This document shows, piece after piece, positions 50,623-59,664 of a DNA stretch of 64,000 nt (position 1 is its first letter; the number at the start of each line of letters is the position of its first letter). The DNA is from Escherichia phage vB-EcoP-XT18: the sequence record OR757434.1; one strand, written 5' to 3'. Under the pieces are notes generated by a model that was not told the DNA's origin, made no database searches, and saw only the letters and a list, made by a program, of their open reading frames with translations. The position numbers were made by a program, and so were the translations under genes.

Positions 50623-51009
50623 AGTCATACTTGATACATCTTGCTATAGAGAAGCAGATGAATAAACAGAAGACTATTACTAACCAAAAGATTATTTCCA
50701 TTAAGACCTATCCACCCACGTACTGAATCTCAACTTACCACATTCCTTACACTTCCATGTTGATAGGTAGAGACCGTGTATTCTTTCATCCCCGTAAGCT
50801 TTACGAAGAAGGTAGTAATTGTGCTTACACTTCATCCGTCTAAATACTTTAATTAGATTCATTAAGTTCTCTCTTAAGCTTATATATAACAGTTCAAAAT
50901 TCTGATTTGACCGAGTGGGGCTAGGCCCTCTGCGGCGAATTGTTAAAAAGGGGGAGTCCTCAAATAAAAAATGGTTATTGGCAATGCCTTTACACCTTCT
51001 TCCACGTTC

Positions 51010-51450
51010 CAACCTTTCCCCGTGCCTACTCCCCGTAATTATTCCCCCGTGTATACTACCCAATACATTACCTACCCGTTTATTTAGTTCCCCTTTACTG
51101 AATGGATGAAAGGCTAGCACTGTATAGGCCAACTGATTAGTCTGCTAATAATGCCATTAATGATGGTCACCACTCCCCATAGTTTGAGTGTAAATAGTTT
51201 CAATAGTGATTGTTATGAGTGCAATAATGATGTATGTATTAATTAAGTGGATGATTGTGTTTCTTTTAATAATTTCTTTTAATTACTTTCTTTTTCAGCG
51301 TGCATGAGCGTAGCGAATGGTCTTTGATGTTTGAGTTATACAATTATTTAAGTGGTATATTATTACCGCACTATCTGGCAATGTTCCCCCGTGGTCTGTC
51401 CTGCGGTTGTATGTTCCCCGTCCTATAGAGATAGTAGAAATATTTTACCC
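51010..51450. repeat. dispersed YCCCCGT short repeats in an ORF-poor AT-rich region
   Basis: at least seven copies (51014, 51028, 51041, 51070, 51393, 51415, 51443). Confidence 0.45.
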
Positions 51451-51725
51451 GTAGGACTTGCTTTCTTTATTAAGAAGTAGTAAATTGTATTCATCGAAGC
51501 GAAGCAGTGATGCAAAGTAGCTAGATGGTAGTAAGCTCCATGAAGGATAATCGTCCTAAGTAGTGGAGAATGTTTAAAGATAAGGACTCTGCGATTGACT
51601 GGTGAAAGCTGGAACACTATCGAGTCAGTGAAGAGGCCAACTGAGCAATGGCCCTACGTATAAAAGAGAAATACGTGCTATCTTGTGAAACATGAAACCA
51701 AATACACATCAATGAGGATTCACAA

Positions 51726-52217
51726 ATGGCTAAGGTAATGCAGGTAGTTAATCTGGCAAGCTATGTACTGGTTGCCGCGATCGGTGTTAGTGCACTGGTA
51801 ACATCTCTTTCTGATAAGGCTATCGCTAGTCCAGCTCCTGCAACTAATGCCGCTGATGTTTTCGCTAGTTCCATTAATAAAGGTTGGATGATTTGCAACG
51901 GTGCGGATAGTGACGGCAATACCATCGCGTTAAAGATGAAATTTAGTAACGTAACAAATGAAGGCGTTCTCTTTCAATCTAAGACGTTGGACGGTCAGCC
52001 TAACAGTGATCTGGTACTCAAGCGTGCTGATAATGATGCGGATATGGTGACGTTCGGCACTGTACAACGTTATGAAGACGTTAAAGCTGTTACCAATCTT
52101 GTGAGCTACGGTCCGGTCAATGAGTCGATGATTGCTACCACTGTTTACAATAACGCTGATAATGCTGTTTACACTGTTCACGTTAATCTAGCCAACTGCA
52201 TCAAGGCCAGTAAATAA
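51726..52217 (+). CDS. secreted protein with signal peptide
   Basis: hydrophobic N-terminus followed by an A-x-A-like cleavage context. Confidence 0.45.
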   Translation: MAKVMQVVNLASYVLVAAIGVSALVTSLSDKAIASPAPATNAADVFASSINKGWMICNGADSDGNTIALKMKFSNVTNEGVLFQSKTLDGQPNSDLVLKRADNDADMVTFGTVQRYEDVKAVTNLVSYGPVNESMIATTVYNNADNAVYTVHVNLANCIKASK

Positions 52218-52243
52218 ATAACCTATTCTTGGGAGTGTAAAAC

Positions 52244-52495
52244 ATGGCTATCAAAGAAGTTAAATTATCTAGCGGGTTTTCTTGTTTTGTTTGTGATACT
52301 TTTATTGCGTTCAGCTTGAAAGAAGATGATGTGATAATCCCTGCCGTTGCTTTTTGTTCCATGAGTTTTAACGAGGCCAAAAAATGGCTTCAATTGGTGC
52401 GCATTGATATTAATCGCGATGACTTCCGATCAATCTATGTTGACGGTGATTTGTCGCTTTCTGGTCTTCTTGAGATTGATTTGCCTAAATGGTGA
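52244..52495 (+). CDS. hypothetical protein
   Basis: ORF. Confidence 0.35.
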   Translation: MAIKEVKLSSGFSCFVCDTFIAFSLKEDDVIIPAVAFCSMSFNEAKKWLQLVRIDINRDDFRSIYVDGDLSLSGLLEIDLPKW

Positions 52496-52506
52496 GGGAT
52501 TGATTC

Positions 52507-52716
52507 ATGGTCAATGGCGTTGTTGTTAATGATAGCGTAACTATCTTTGATAATGTTGTGTCAGTTGCAAGTAGTCGCGGTGAAAGTCGTGTACCGCTTG
52601 CCATATTGTGCAACCTTTCGGAATTTAGCGCACGAATTACGGTTGCTTATTTAGGCGGCACTTTATCCGGCCCTGAATATGTATCTATGCTCAAATACAA
52701 TAAGGAGTGGTCTTAA
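52507..52716 (+). CDS. hypothetical protein
   Basis: ORF. Confidence 0.35.
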   Translation: MVNGVVVNDSVTIFDNVVSVASSRGESRVPLAILCNLSEFSARITVAYLGGTLSGPEYVSMLKYNKEWS

Positions 52717-52979
52717 TGGCTAAAGAGTACAGCTTTACCATCCCGACTCATAACTATGGTGAGATTGATTTCTCATACACTGATAACTCTGACATGTGTT
52801 TAATCCTGTTTACTAGTGGCGATAAGACTAATGCGGTTGAATTTCCTGCCGTTGCTCTAATCATGGATGACGTTATAGCAGGTCAGTATCTGGCGCAACG
52901 TGGGATTCTCCTTTCTCTGGAAGAGATCGAACTACTTAGCGTAGCAGTTTTTGGTGAGGGTAACAGTGATGATTCATGA
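52707..52979 (+). CDS. hypothetical protein
   Basis: ORF. Confidence 0.35.
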   Translation: MVLMAKEYSFTIPTHNYGEIDFSYTDNSDMCLILFTSGDKTNAVEFPAVALIMDDVIAGQYLAQRGILLSLEEIELLSVAVFGEGNSDDS

Positions 52980-53159
52980 CTATTTTTGGCGGTGCTTATT
53001 CGTTGTTACAGTGGCGTCATTCGTCGCTGATATGCTTTATTCTTACATCCTTTGAGGTCCGGTTGTGTTATTTCTGTTTTTGTTTGTCGTTGGCTTCATT
53101 TCTTTAAACTATTTATTGATTGTTGCCGCTTTCGATATTCTTAAACTTATTATTGAAGG

Positions 53160-53534
53160 TTGATTACTATGTGGTTTATTAAATTCGTCGTTAAAACGGT
53201 TGTAGGCTTTTTTCTGGTTGTTCTTCTGTTGGGTGTCCTGCTATCAGCTATGGGTAGCGTTAAGGCTGCAACATTTTCCCCTGCTACGGTTGACGGCTTG
53301 CAATGTACCTACCTTGTAGAAAACTATTCGACTGGTAAAAAGTCACCTAAGGTTATTATTTTACATGTAAATGATTTCGAGCATGTACAATCATACGCTA
53401 AGACTATTCAGCTAGTGAATGAAACCACTGGCAAACAAATCACGGTCGATCACTTGATGCGCTCGTCGTTGACGCTCTTTGACGAGTCTATGAATGAAGT
53501 AGAATCCGGTAACGGTCAGTGTGTAAATCCTTAA
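53160..53534 (+). CDS. membrane-anchored or secreted protein
   Basis: N-terminal hydrophobic segment. Confidence 0.4.
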   Translation: MITMWFIKFVVKTVVGFFLVVLLLGVLLSAMGSVKAATFSPATVDGLQCTYLVENYSTGKKSPKVIILHVNDFEHVQSYAKTIQLVNETTGKQITVDHLMRSSLTLFDESMNEVESGNGQCVNP

Positions 53535-53613
53535 TCCTTGTGGGCCTGTTCTTTTTGACCATTGTCGGTGCAATGGGCCTTTTCTATGCTGTCATAATGT
53601 TAGGAGTTTAAAA

Positions 53614-53937
53614 ATGAAGAAGTTAATCGTTGGCTTGGCTGTTGGTTTGTCTTTGTTTGCTGGTAGTGCTAGCGCATACATGAAATGCGGAAGCATTGGA
53701 GTGGTCACAGCCTCTAATGGTGCTAAAAATCTCACCGCTTTAGGTAAGACTTGGTCCGCTACTGAGGTTATCACTTTAGAAAATGGCTTAAAGGCTGTAA
53801 TCTATGATAACCGGAAAGATGGTTCAATTCTTCGGGTTGTTCCTACGGAAGATGGGAAAACGGTTGCCATTATCTATTATCGAGATGCGGAATCTAATCT
53901 TAATGGTAATCCTGTGCTTTCCGGTATGTGCCGATAG
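53614..53937 (+). CDS. secreted protein with signal peptide
   Basis: MKKLIVGLAVGLSLFAGSASA signal peptide. Confidence 0.45.
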   Translation: MKKLIVGLAVGLSLFAGSASAYMKCGSIGVVTASNGAKNLTALGKTWSATEVITLENGLKAVIYDNRKDGSILRVVPTEDGKTVAIIYYRDAESNLNGNPVLSGMCR

Positions 53938-53965
53938 TCTATCTGATGCTCTAAATCCTTCCTAT

Positions 53966-53990
53966 AAGCCTCCTAGTGAGGCTTTTCTCA
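53966..53990 (+). terminator. rho-independent terminator
   Basis: AAGCCUC-CUAGU-GAGGCUU then UUCUCAUUU. Confidence 0.55.
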
Positions 53991-54149
53991 TTTCTAAGGT
54001 GATTGTATTCCTTACCCTCCTTTAGCTCATTGTGATGCGTCTGAGAGCGTCAAATAGTGCTTTACAAGCCTGTTTTAGTATGTTATTCGCGTGCGCGTTC
54101 CTTTACCTACTCCTCTACGAAAAAGTTTAAAATAATTTGCTTTGCCCTA

Positions 54150-54177
54150 TTGCATTACTCACTGGTTGGCGTATACT
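54150..54177 (+). promoter_or_regulatory. sigma70-type early promoter (TTGCAT-16-TATACT)
   Basis: -35 at 54150-54155, -10 at 54172-54177; boxA-like element about 50 nt downstream. Confidence 0.45.
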
Positions 54178-54224
54178 TCAATTCATCGGGTACGATGAAA
54201 AACATACAAGGCAAGAAATTGCCC

Positions 54225-54234
54225 CGCTCTTTAA
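54225..54234 (+). promoter_or_regulatory. boxA-like element CGCTCTTTAA
   Basis: identical to the core of rrn and lambdoid nut boxA. Confidence 0.5.
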
Positions 54235-54273
54235 AAATCAGGCTAGAAAGTGAAAAAATACTTGAAAAAGTAT

Positions 54274-54301
54274 TTGACAACTGGAAAGCCTAACCTATAA
54301 T
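54274..54301 (+). promoter_or_regulatory. strong sigma70-type early promoter (TTGACA-16-TATAAT)
   Basis: consensus -35 at 54274-54279 and -10 at 54296-54301; A/T-rich upstream region. Confidence 0.7.
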
Positions 54302-54333
54302 GAGCATAAGTCAGCGATGACGTGAAACATCCC

Positions 54334-54343
54334 CGCTCTTTAA
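54334..54343 (+). promoter_or_regulatory. boxA-like element CGCTCTTTAA
   Basis: about 35 nt downstream of the promoter. Confidence 0.5.
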
Positions 54344-54420
54344 AAACTTATCATCTTGCCCTTTCGCATAGATTCAAGCGAGATAAGGGAAAAGAATAAA
54401 AGAAGATGATAAAAAAGAGG

Positions 54421-54449
54421 TTGCAAACGTGGTTAAGGTAGTTCATACT
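54421..54449 (+). promoter_or_regulatory. sigma70-type promoter candidate (TTGCAA-17-CATACT)
   Basis: -35 and -10 hexamers with 17-nt spacer. Confidence 0.35.
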
Positions 54450-54610
54450 AACCACAAGTTAACAAAACAACGTTAACTAGTTCCCAAGTCAACGTATCGC
54501 GGGAAAGGTGGCACATAGTGCAGCGAGTAGTTCGGGAGTAGGCGCCCCGTTAATGAATAAGTAAGCCTTTAATGATGCAGTGATTAGCAGACACTATAAA
54601 AGGCTAAAAA

Positions 54611-54620
54611 CGCTCTTTAA
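54611..54620 (+). promoter_or_regulatory. boxA-like element CGCTCTTTAA (full context ACGCTCTTTAACAA)
   Basis: closest of the four copies to the rrn boxA sequence. Confidence 0.55.
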
Positions 54621-54726
54621 CAATATGGATCATAAGTTTAAGCCTTATCGCTTAATCTTCAATCAAATAAAGCTGGTTGATATATCCTCCCAATAGCGGG
54701 AACGACGAAAAAGATTAAAAAAGCGG

Positions 54727-54755
54727 TTGACAGCAAAAACATCATGGTCCATAAT
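54727..54755 (+). promoter_or_regulatory. strong sigma70-type early promoter (TTGACA-17-CATAAT)
   Basis: -35 at 54727-54732 and -10 at 54750-54755; A-rich upstream region. Confidence 0.65.
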
Positions 54756-54847
54756 GAGCGTACTCACTAGGCAAATCACCGCTTCAGTGAAAAGCGAAAC
54801 AACGGCTTACAGTTGCGTAGCGTGAGAAAGCACGCTGACAGATTTAC

Positions 54848-54857
54848 CGCTCTTTAA
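54848..54857 (+). promoter_or_regulatory. boxA-like element CGCTCTTTAA
   Basis: about 95 nt downstream of the promoter. Confidence 0.5.
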
Positions 54858-55530
54858 TAATTTAAACGTCCCCATATATCGGTTAAATATGCTGGAAGAT
54901 AATAACCATCGGAAAGCATACCAGATAAAACGGCGTAAAACTCCCTAAACCATCAGGGTAAACAGTTTTACAATCCCTTAACTGGAAACGTCACCACTGA
55001 TAAGCGGATTCATTGAGTACACGCAACGGTTTAAGCTAATCGCCCACGGTTAAGGGTAGCGGCGGCCATCGCTAACACGGTGCTACAGTGAAATAAGTTA
55101 ATCAGGGCAGACAAGTCCGACGAAATAACGCTCAATTGAGAGCGGCGGGGGATGGTTAAAGGGTAGCAAATTGCTATTTAACAATAAGGTTTAGTGTGAA
55201 CGTTTACGATGCGAACGGCTTGAGATTCGTCTTATGATGAAAGTACATAGTCGGTTTATGTAGTAAACTCGCCGAAAGATATAAAACGCCGGAATAATAG
55301 GCGGTTAGTGACTCTTTCGCAATAGTATCCCATAGTGGGCGATGACTAGCGAAAGAGAGCTGATATAAAAGGATAGGCGGGAGCGAAAGCAAAGTAAACG
55401 ATATTGCCGACGGTTACATCAATGTAACTAATTAGAGTCGGACGCACTGCCTTATTGTGGTGATTGATCATCGCTATCAGGTCGGCTTGGTTTATAGCGA
55501 CTAATTAAAGATACCAGTTGAAACACCACG

Positions 55531-55578
55531 GATAAGGGGGCGGCAAGGTTAACTCCTGACAAGACCGCCCCCCTTATC
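55531..55578 (+). other. long GC-rich hairpin (13-14 bp stem, 21-nt loop) in the early leader, possible RNA processing site
   Basis: GATAAGGGGGCGG ... CCGCCCCCCTTATC inverted repeat. Confidence 0.4.
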
Positions 55579-55679
55579 AATAATTACTTAACAATGAGTG
55601 ATTATCGATAAGTCAATGGCGACTTAAAAAGCTCATAGAGAGCGGGGCATAGTGCCCTTACAATTGAAAGGTGAATATC

Positions 55680-56579
55680 ATGGCTAAAATTTTTAATCTG
55701 GTTAAAGAATCTGGTTTTAACGCACTGGCTAACAACATTCGCAGCAATAACGCGGCGATCAAACAAGATGTTTCTAATTTTCTGTTAGGGCACTTGCAGC
55801 ACTTCCGTAGCAATGGTAAAAAGCTGGACGTATTGCAGGCGGCGGTCGATTTTCTGTTAACCGAACGTTTCCGCGATATGGATGTGATTGCCACTGCAAT
55901 TACTTTCCTGACTCCGATCAAGTTTAACACCGATGCGGCAAATGGGCGTAAGAAGTGGATTAATCTGGAAGGTGAAGCGAAAGCGAAAGAAGATGCGAAA
56001 GAAGCGCAAATTAAGGCCAAAATGGAACAAAACCGAGCTCGCTGGTCAAATGCTTTCGAAAATTTTGCCCTCGGTCGTGAAATTGAAGTCGATAATCCTA
56101 ACTTTTACAAAGGTTGCAATGACAACGTGGCGGCCCACCTTCAAATCCCGGCGAAAAATAAGGAAGATTTTAACCAAGATATTTACGCCTTAGTTGAACG
56201 CTTGAATGCAATCCGTATTGAAGCCAAATTGCTGGCTGATGAGCGCAACGGCGCTACCAGTGATAATACTATTGCCTTGAGTGAAGAAGTGGGGAAAGTT
56301 AAAAAGTCCTTTGATTCACTCATCAAGAAAGTCACGGCTTCAACGGTAGCGATCTCTGACGACTATCTGATGAACGCATCAAGCAAGGAGCTGGAATCAC
56401 TTGATTCATATGCCGATGAAATGGAATCAACCATCGCAAAAATGCAGGAAAAATTGGATAATCTGCGCGGTCGTATCTCTTCAACAGTTGCAATCCGTAC
56501 CGAACAAGCTGCGAAAGAAGAAGAGGAAGAAGTATTGCGTAAAGCGGCTGAGATTATGGCGGCACGTCAGGCGGCATAA
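55680..56579 (+). CDS. first early protein, helical, unknown function
   Basis: ATG at 55680 with AAAGG RBS; E. coli-like codon usage; terminator follows. Confidence 0.5.
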   Translation: MAKIFNLVKESGFNALANNIRSNNAAIKQDVSNFLLGHLQHFRSNGKKLDVLQAAVDFLLTERFRDMDVIATAITFLTPIKFNTDAANGRKKWINLEGEAKAKEDAKEAQIKAKMEQNRARWSNAFENFALGREIEVDNPNFYKGCNDNVAAHLQIPAKNKEDFNQDIYALVERLNAIRIEAKLLADERNGATSDNTIALSEEVGKVKKSFDSLIKKVTASTVAISDDYLMNASSKELESLDSYADEMESTIAKMQEKLDNLRGRISSTVAIRTEQAAKEEEEEVLRKAAEIMAARQAA

Positions 56580-56601
56580 GTAAGACAATCTAAATAAACA
56601 T

Positions 56602-56636
56602 AAGGCGCTATCTTAACGGGTAGCGCCTTTTCTTTT
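56602..56636 (+). terminator. rho-independent terminator
   Basis: 9-bp stem AAGGCGCUA/UAGCGCCUU then UUCUUUUAU. Confidence 0.6.
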
Positions 56637-56681
56637 ATCAGTGCATTGATTCAGTGCATTAATCAAAGAATCTAATCAAAG

Positions 56682-56909
56682 GTGATGATCATGTTAATTA
56701 CGCATACCACGATTTATAGGAATCTTGTCAACGGTCAACATTACCGCCTATCTAAAAAGTATGGCGTTGAATGTAAATGTGTTATTACCGGTGAATGGTA
56801 TCCGTCGCCAATGAAGATTGAAACGTTGGAACGTGACGCTGTTAGTTATGTTATCACGCAAGAAACAACGTTAGGCCGTATCTTAAGAAAGCTGGGATTA
56901 AGAAAATGA
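56682..56909 (+). CDS. hypothetical early protein
   Basis: ORF. Confidence 0.4.
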   Translation: MMIMLITHTTIYRNLVNGQHYRLSKKYGVECKCVITGEWYPSPMKIETLERDAVSYVITQETTLGRILRKLGLRK

Positions 56910-57130
56910 TATTCAGTAGCAATTTTGGCAAGTGTCCTATTTGTGAGAAACATCGCAGCACGGGAAATCATCGAAAATGTAGTAAGATATTACAGCGTCA
57001 ACGTGATAACAATCATTGGGATACTGTACACACTAATCAGCGTAAAGAAGAAGTTAGAAAAATGGCTGTTAAAGCATCATTTGCTCAATCCACCCGTATT
57101 GAACACATTCAAAGGTATCAAGCATTATGA
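56906..57130 (+). CDS. small Cys/His-rich early protein
   Basis: CPICEKH...H..C; overlapping frame 56925-57137 is less likely. Confidence 0.35.
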   Translation: MIFSSNFGKCPICEKHRSTGNHRKCSKILQRQRDNNHWDTVHTNQRKEEVRKMAVKASFAQSTRIEHIQRYQAL

Positions 57131-57336
57131 TCACTAACATTTCAGAATTTAAGAAAGCACCTTCCCGCTTGTTAGGCCGTCGTGTAGTATATCTTTATAG
57201 CAACAAAGGTAAATGTACAACCGGAAGAATTACAACGGTGAGTAGTGCCAATAAGAAACTACTAAAATTATGTGTAGCTATGGATGACGGTACAATCCTG
57301 CTACGCAGTTGGAAGTCATTTAGTTTACTCGATTAA
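57127..57336 (+). CDS. hypothetical early protein
   Basis: ORF. Confidence 0.4.
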   Translation: MITNISEFKKAPSRLLGRRVVYLYSNKGKCTTGRITTVSSANKKLLKLCVAMDDGTILLRSWKSFSLLD

Positions 57337-57405
57337 GTTATTTGTTCAAGCCTATCGACTTGATGGGCTTGCCCGATATAACTTATCACTGAAAGGAATA
57401 AGATT

Positions 57406-57849
57406 GTGGCTAAATCTAAAATCAGCATGAAGGGCGGGCGTTGTTTTTCTATCTCTGAACTGGAGAAAGAGAAGCCGAAGGCAACCAATCACGTCAGTAA
57501 GCGCAGTTTAAAACGTCGTGCTGCAAAGGCTGAAGCTGAATCTCATATCCCTTCTAGTGTGGCAAAACGTGTAGGCCATCGCGTCCATCGTGCTGATGCG
57601 TTATTGTTAGCCGATCACAAACGTTCTTTATTACAGAGCGGGGGAGCTAAAACAGAAGAGGAGAAGAAGTTAGAAATCTTCTGTAATGGTCGCACCCGTG
57701 GTAAACAGAAATTTAAAGGTAGCACGAAAGACCCGCAGGCTTTTCCTAAGACAAGTCAGTGTGCACCTGATGTATTCTACGCAGATAGCAAACACAAATG
57801 GGGAGTTGAAAAATACATTGACCCCATCAAAGAGGCAAGGGTTAAGTAG
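57406..57849 (+). CDS. basic early protein
   Basis: Lys/Arg-rich ORF with RBS. Confidence 0.45.
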   Translation: MAKSKISMKGGRCFSISELEKEKPKATNHVSKRSLKRRAAKAEAESHIPSSVAKRVGHRVHRADALLLADHKRSLLQSGGAKTEEEKKLEIFCNGRTRGKQKFKGSTKDPQAFPKTSQCAPDVFYADSKHKWGVEKYIDPIKEARVK

Positions 57850-57929
57850 TAGGAATATAGTCCCCTCTTTTAGTACTATGACGCTCTTTCTATCGCGTCG
57901 TGCCTTCTCCCCATTTGAAGCTTCCGCAT

Positions 57930-57955
57930 AGCCGCCTTTGAGCGGCTTTTGTCGT
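57930..57955 (+). terminator. rho-independent terminator
   Basis: AGCCGC-CUUUGA-GCGGCU then UUUGUCG. Confidence 0.5.
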
Positions 57956-58014
57956 TGCCGTAAGCGCATTTACGAGTGTTTTTACTGCAATAGTCATGTA
58001 TTGCTTTCAGGTTT

Positions 58015-58042
58015 GCCCCGGCTACGGCTGGGGCTTTTTTAT
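58015..58042 (+). terminator. strong rho-independent terminator
   Basis: 8-bp stem GCCCCGGC/GCUGGGGC then UUUUUUA. Confidence 0.7.
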
Positions 58043-58089
58043 GCCCGTAAAACAGGAGGTAGCAAGTTCTGATAACAACGGCCCAGCTA

Positions 58090-58479
58090 ATGTTGACATT
58101 GACTATTTATTATGAGGCAGGGGACCAGCCAACCGCATGTAAAGCTATGGTTGCGGATACCGTGATAAATAGAATGGCTCAACGAAAACTGACCGCTGAA
58201 CAGGTGATAAGACAAAAGAACCAGTTTGAGTGGATTCCGGTACTATTAAAACAGGAGAAACCTTATAAACGTTATGTAAAGCTGGTTCGTGATAAAAATC
58301 CGATGACTAGGCAAACCATTGGAGAAAGCGAGCGACTTGCTAAACGTGCCCTTAAGAAGAATTATGTTCCTCTGTATAGTGGGACTTACTTTCAGAGTAA
58401 GAGCGAAGGGGTGCCAAAATGGTATGCCAATCCTATGTATTGTGGTGATTTAGTGTTCGATAATAGCTCTAGGGAATAA
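58090..58479 (+). CDS. SleB/CwlJ-like cell-wall hydrolase domain protein
   Basis: YYEAGDQPTACKAMVADTVINRM ... QFEW resembles the Hydrolase_2 signature. Confidence 0.45.
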   Translation: MLTLTIYYEAGDQPTACKAMVADTVINRMAQRKLTAEQVIRQKNQFEWIPVLLKQEKPYKRYVKLVRDKNPMTRQTIGESERLAKRALKKNYVPLYSGTYFQSKSEGVPKWYANPMYCGDLVFDNSSRE

Positions 58480-58678
58480 TCACTAGTGCCAGATTTGACA
58501 AACTAAATTCCTTTATAAACCAACCACTTAGTAAATTTATTGAAAAAGATGGTAGTATTCTGGGACTATGGGTAATGCTCTGTATATAGACCCTTTGAAA
58601 ATTTCTTAGAAAATAAGTTTACTAAATATAACTTACTTAAATAATATTACTTTTAATCTCTGATAAAGGGTAAATAAT

Positions 58679-58975
58679 ATGACTTTAGAAGTATATAAAT
58701 TCCTTTTTGTAAGCTGTTTAACTATCAGCGTTATAGGATTTATTGTTCTCAGAAACAAAGCAGCAAGCTGGGAGAGAATGTATAGATCTCTAGTCCGAGT
58801 GGATGAGATGTATAATGAGAAAGTTAAAGCAACGCTTAATGATCTTATTATGCAAGTAGAGGACAGAAACAAGCGTCTTCAGAATCTCAACCATGAAGTA
58901 TTGCGCCTTGCTCGTGCTAATGAAGACTTGCGAGTAGCTATTGCTAAACAGCAGGAGATTAACAGTGAAAGTTAA
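58679..58975 (+). CDS. membrane-anchored coiled-coil protein
   Basis: N-terminal TMD then heptad-rich segment. Confidence 0.4.
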   Translation: MTLEVYKFLFVSCLTISVIGFIVLRNKAASWERMYRSLVRVDEMYNEKVKATLNDLIMQVEDRNKRLQNLNHEVLRLARANEDLRVAIAKQQEINSES

Positions 58976-59198
58976 TATTAAGCCTGATCATACTACACTT
59001 CGTTTAAATAACATGAGGCCGGGTGCTCTGTTTCATTTTAAAGGTTCTCTCTATATCAGAACCGGATTAACAACTGACTATCACGTCAATTGTGTTAACG
59101 TGGTTTCTGGAGAGCTTATTGTTATCAGCAAAAACGAAGTCTGCCAAGTGCGCAATGATCTCCACATAACTAACATCGAGGCTAAAGATGAAGATTGA
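58941..59198 (+). CDS. small early protein, paralog family B
   Basis: shares L..G(D/S)(V/L)F core with 59188, 59446, 60419 and 62457 ORFs. Confidence 0.4.
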   Translation: MLNSRRLTVKVNIKPDHTTLRLNNMRPGALFHFKGSLYIRTGLTTDYHVNCVNVVSGELIVISKNEVCQVRNDLHITNIEAKDED

Positions 59199-59445
59199 TC
59201 TTGAATTAAAAGACCCAGACCTTACAGTGGGTGATTTAAAGCTTGGAGATGTGTTCCAAGTTAAAGCTACACGCGTCGATCATTATTTGGTTGTTAGTTT
59301 ATTCACTCCACACGTAACCGAGTCGAACAGGAAAGATTCTGGAACAGTTGTGCTTGGTTTAAGAACTAATCAGGTTATGAAGCTCAATTCAAAACTTCCT
59401 GTAATCCTTATCCCAGATGCAGTAATTACTAATAAAGGTAAGTGA
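59188..59445 (+). CDS. small early protein, paralog family B
   Basis: DLKLGDVFQVK. Confidence 0.45.
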   Translation: MKIDLELKDPDLTVGDLKLGDVFQVKATRVDHYLVVSLFTPHVTESNRKDSGTVVLGLRTNQVMKLNSKLPVILIPDAVITNKGK

Positions 59446-59664
59446 ATGGAAATTAAAGTGGTTGATTATCCTAAATATGCAAATGCAGAAGACGTTAAGG
59501 GTGGTGATGTTTTCTCTTACGATAAACGTTTCTGGCTGATGCTAGAAGATAAAACCCTTGATGGTTTGTGTAAGGCTGCTAACTTGAGCAGTGGTTATGT
59601 TGAAGTCTTCGGTCTATCAACCACTATTATGCCACGTCCTGATCTGTGTTTATCCCAAAAGTAA
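59446..59664 (+). CDS. small early protein, paralog family B
   Basis: DVKGGDVFSYD. Confidence 0.45.
   Translation: MEIKVVDYPKYANAEDVKGGDVFSYDKRFWLMLEDKTLDGLCKAANLSSGYVEVFGLSTTIMPRPDLCLSQK

Noticed and set aside
50701-51132. 143-aa minus-strand ORF in the repeat-rich non-coding region
   Set aside because: It spans the YCCCCGT repeat cluster and has an implausible composition; at most a short C-terminal Cys-rich segment (about 52 aa from an internal ATG) might be real.
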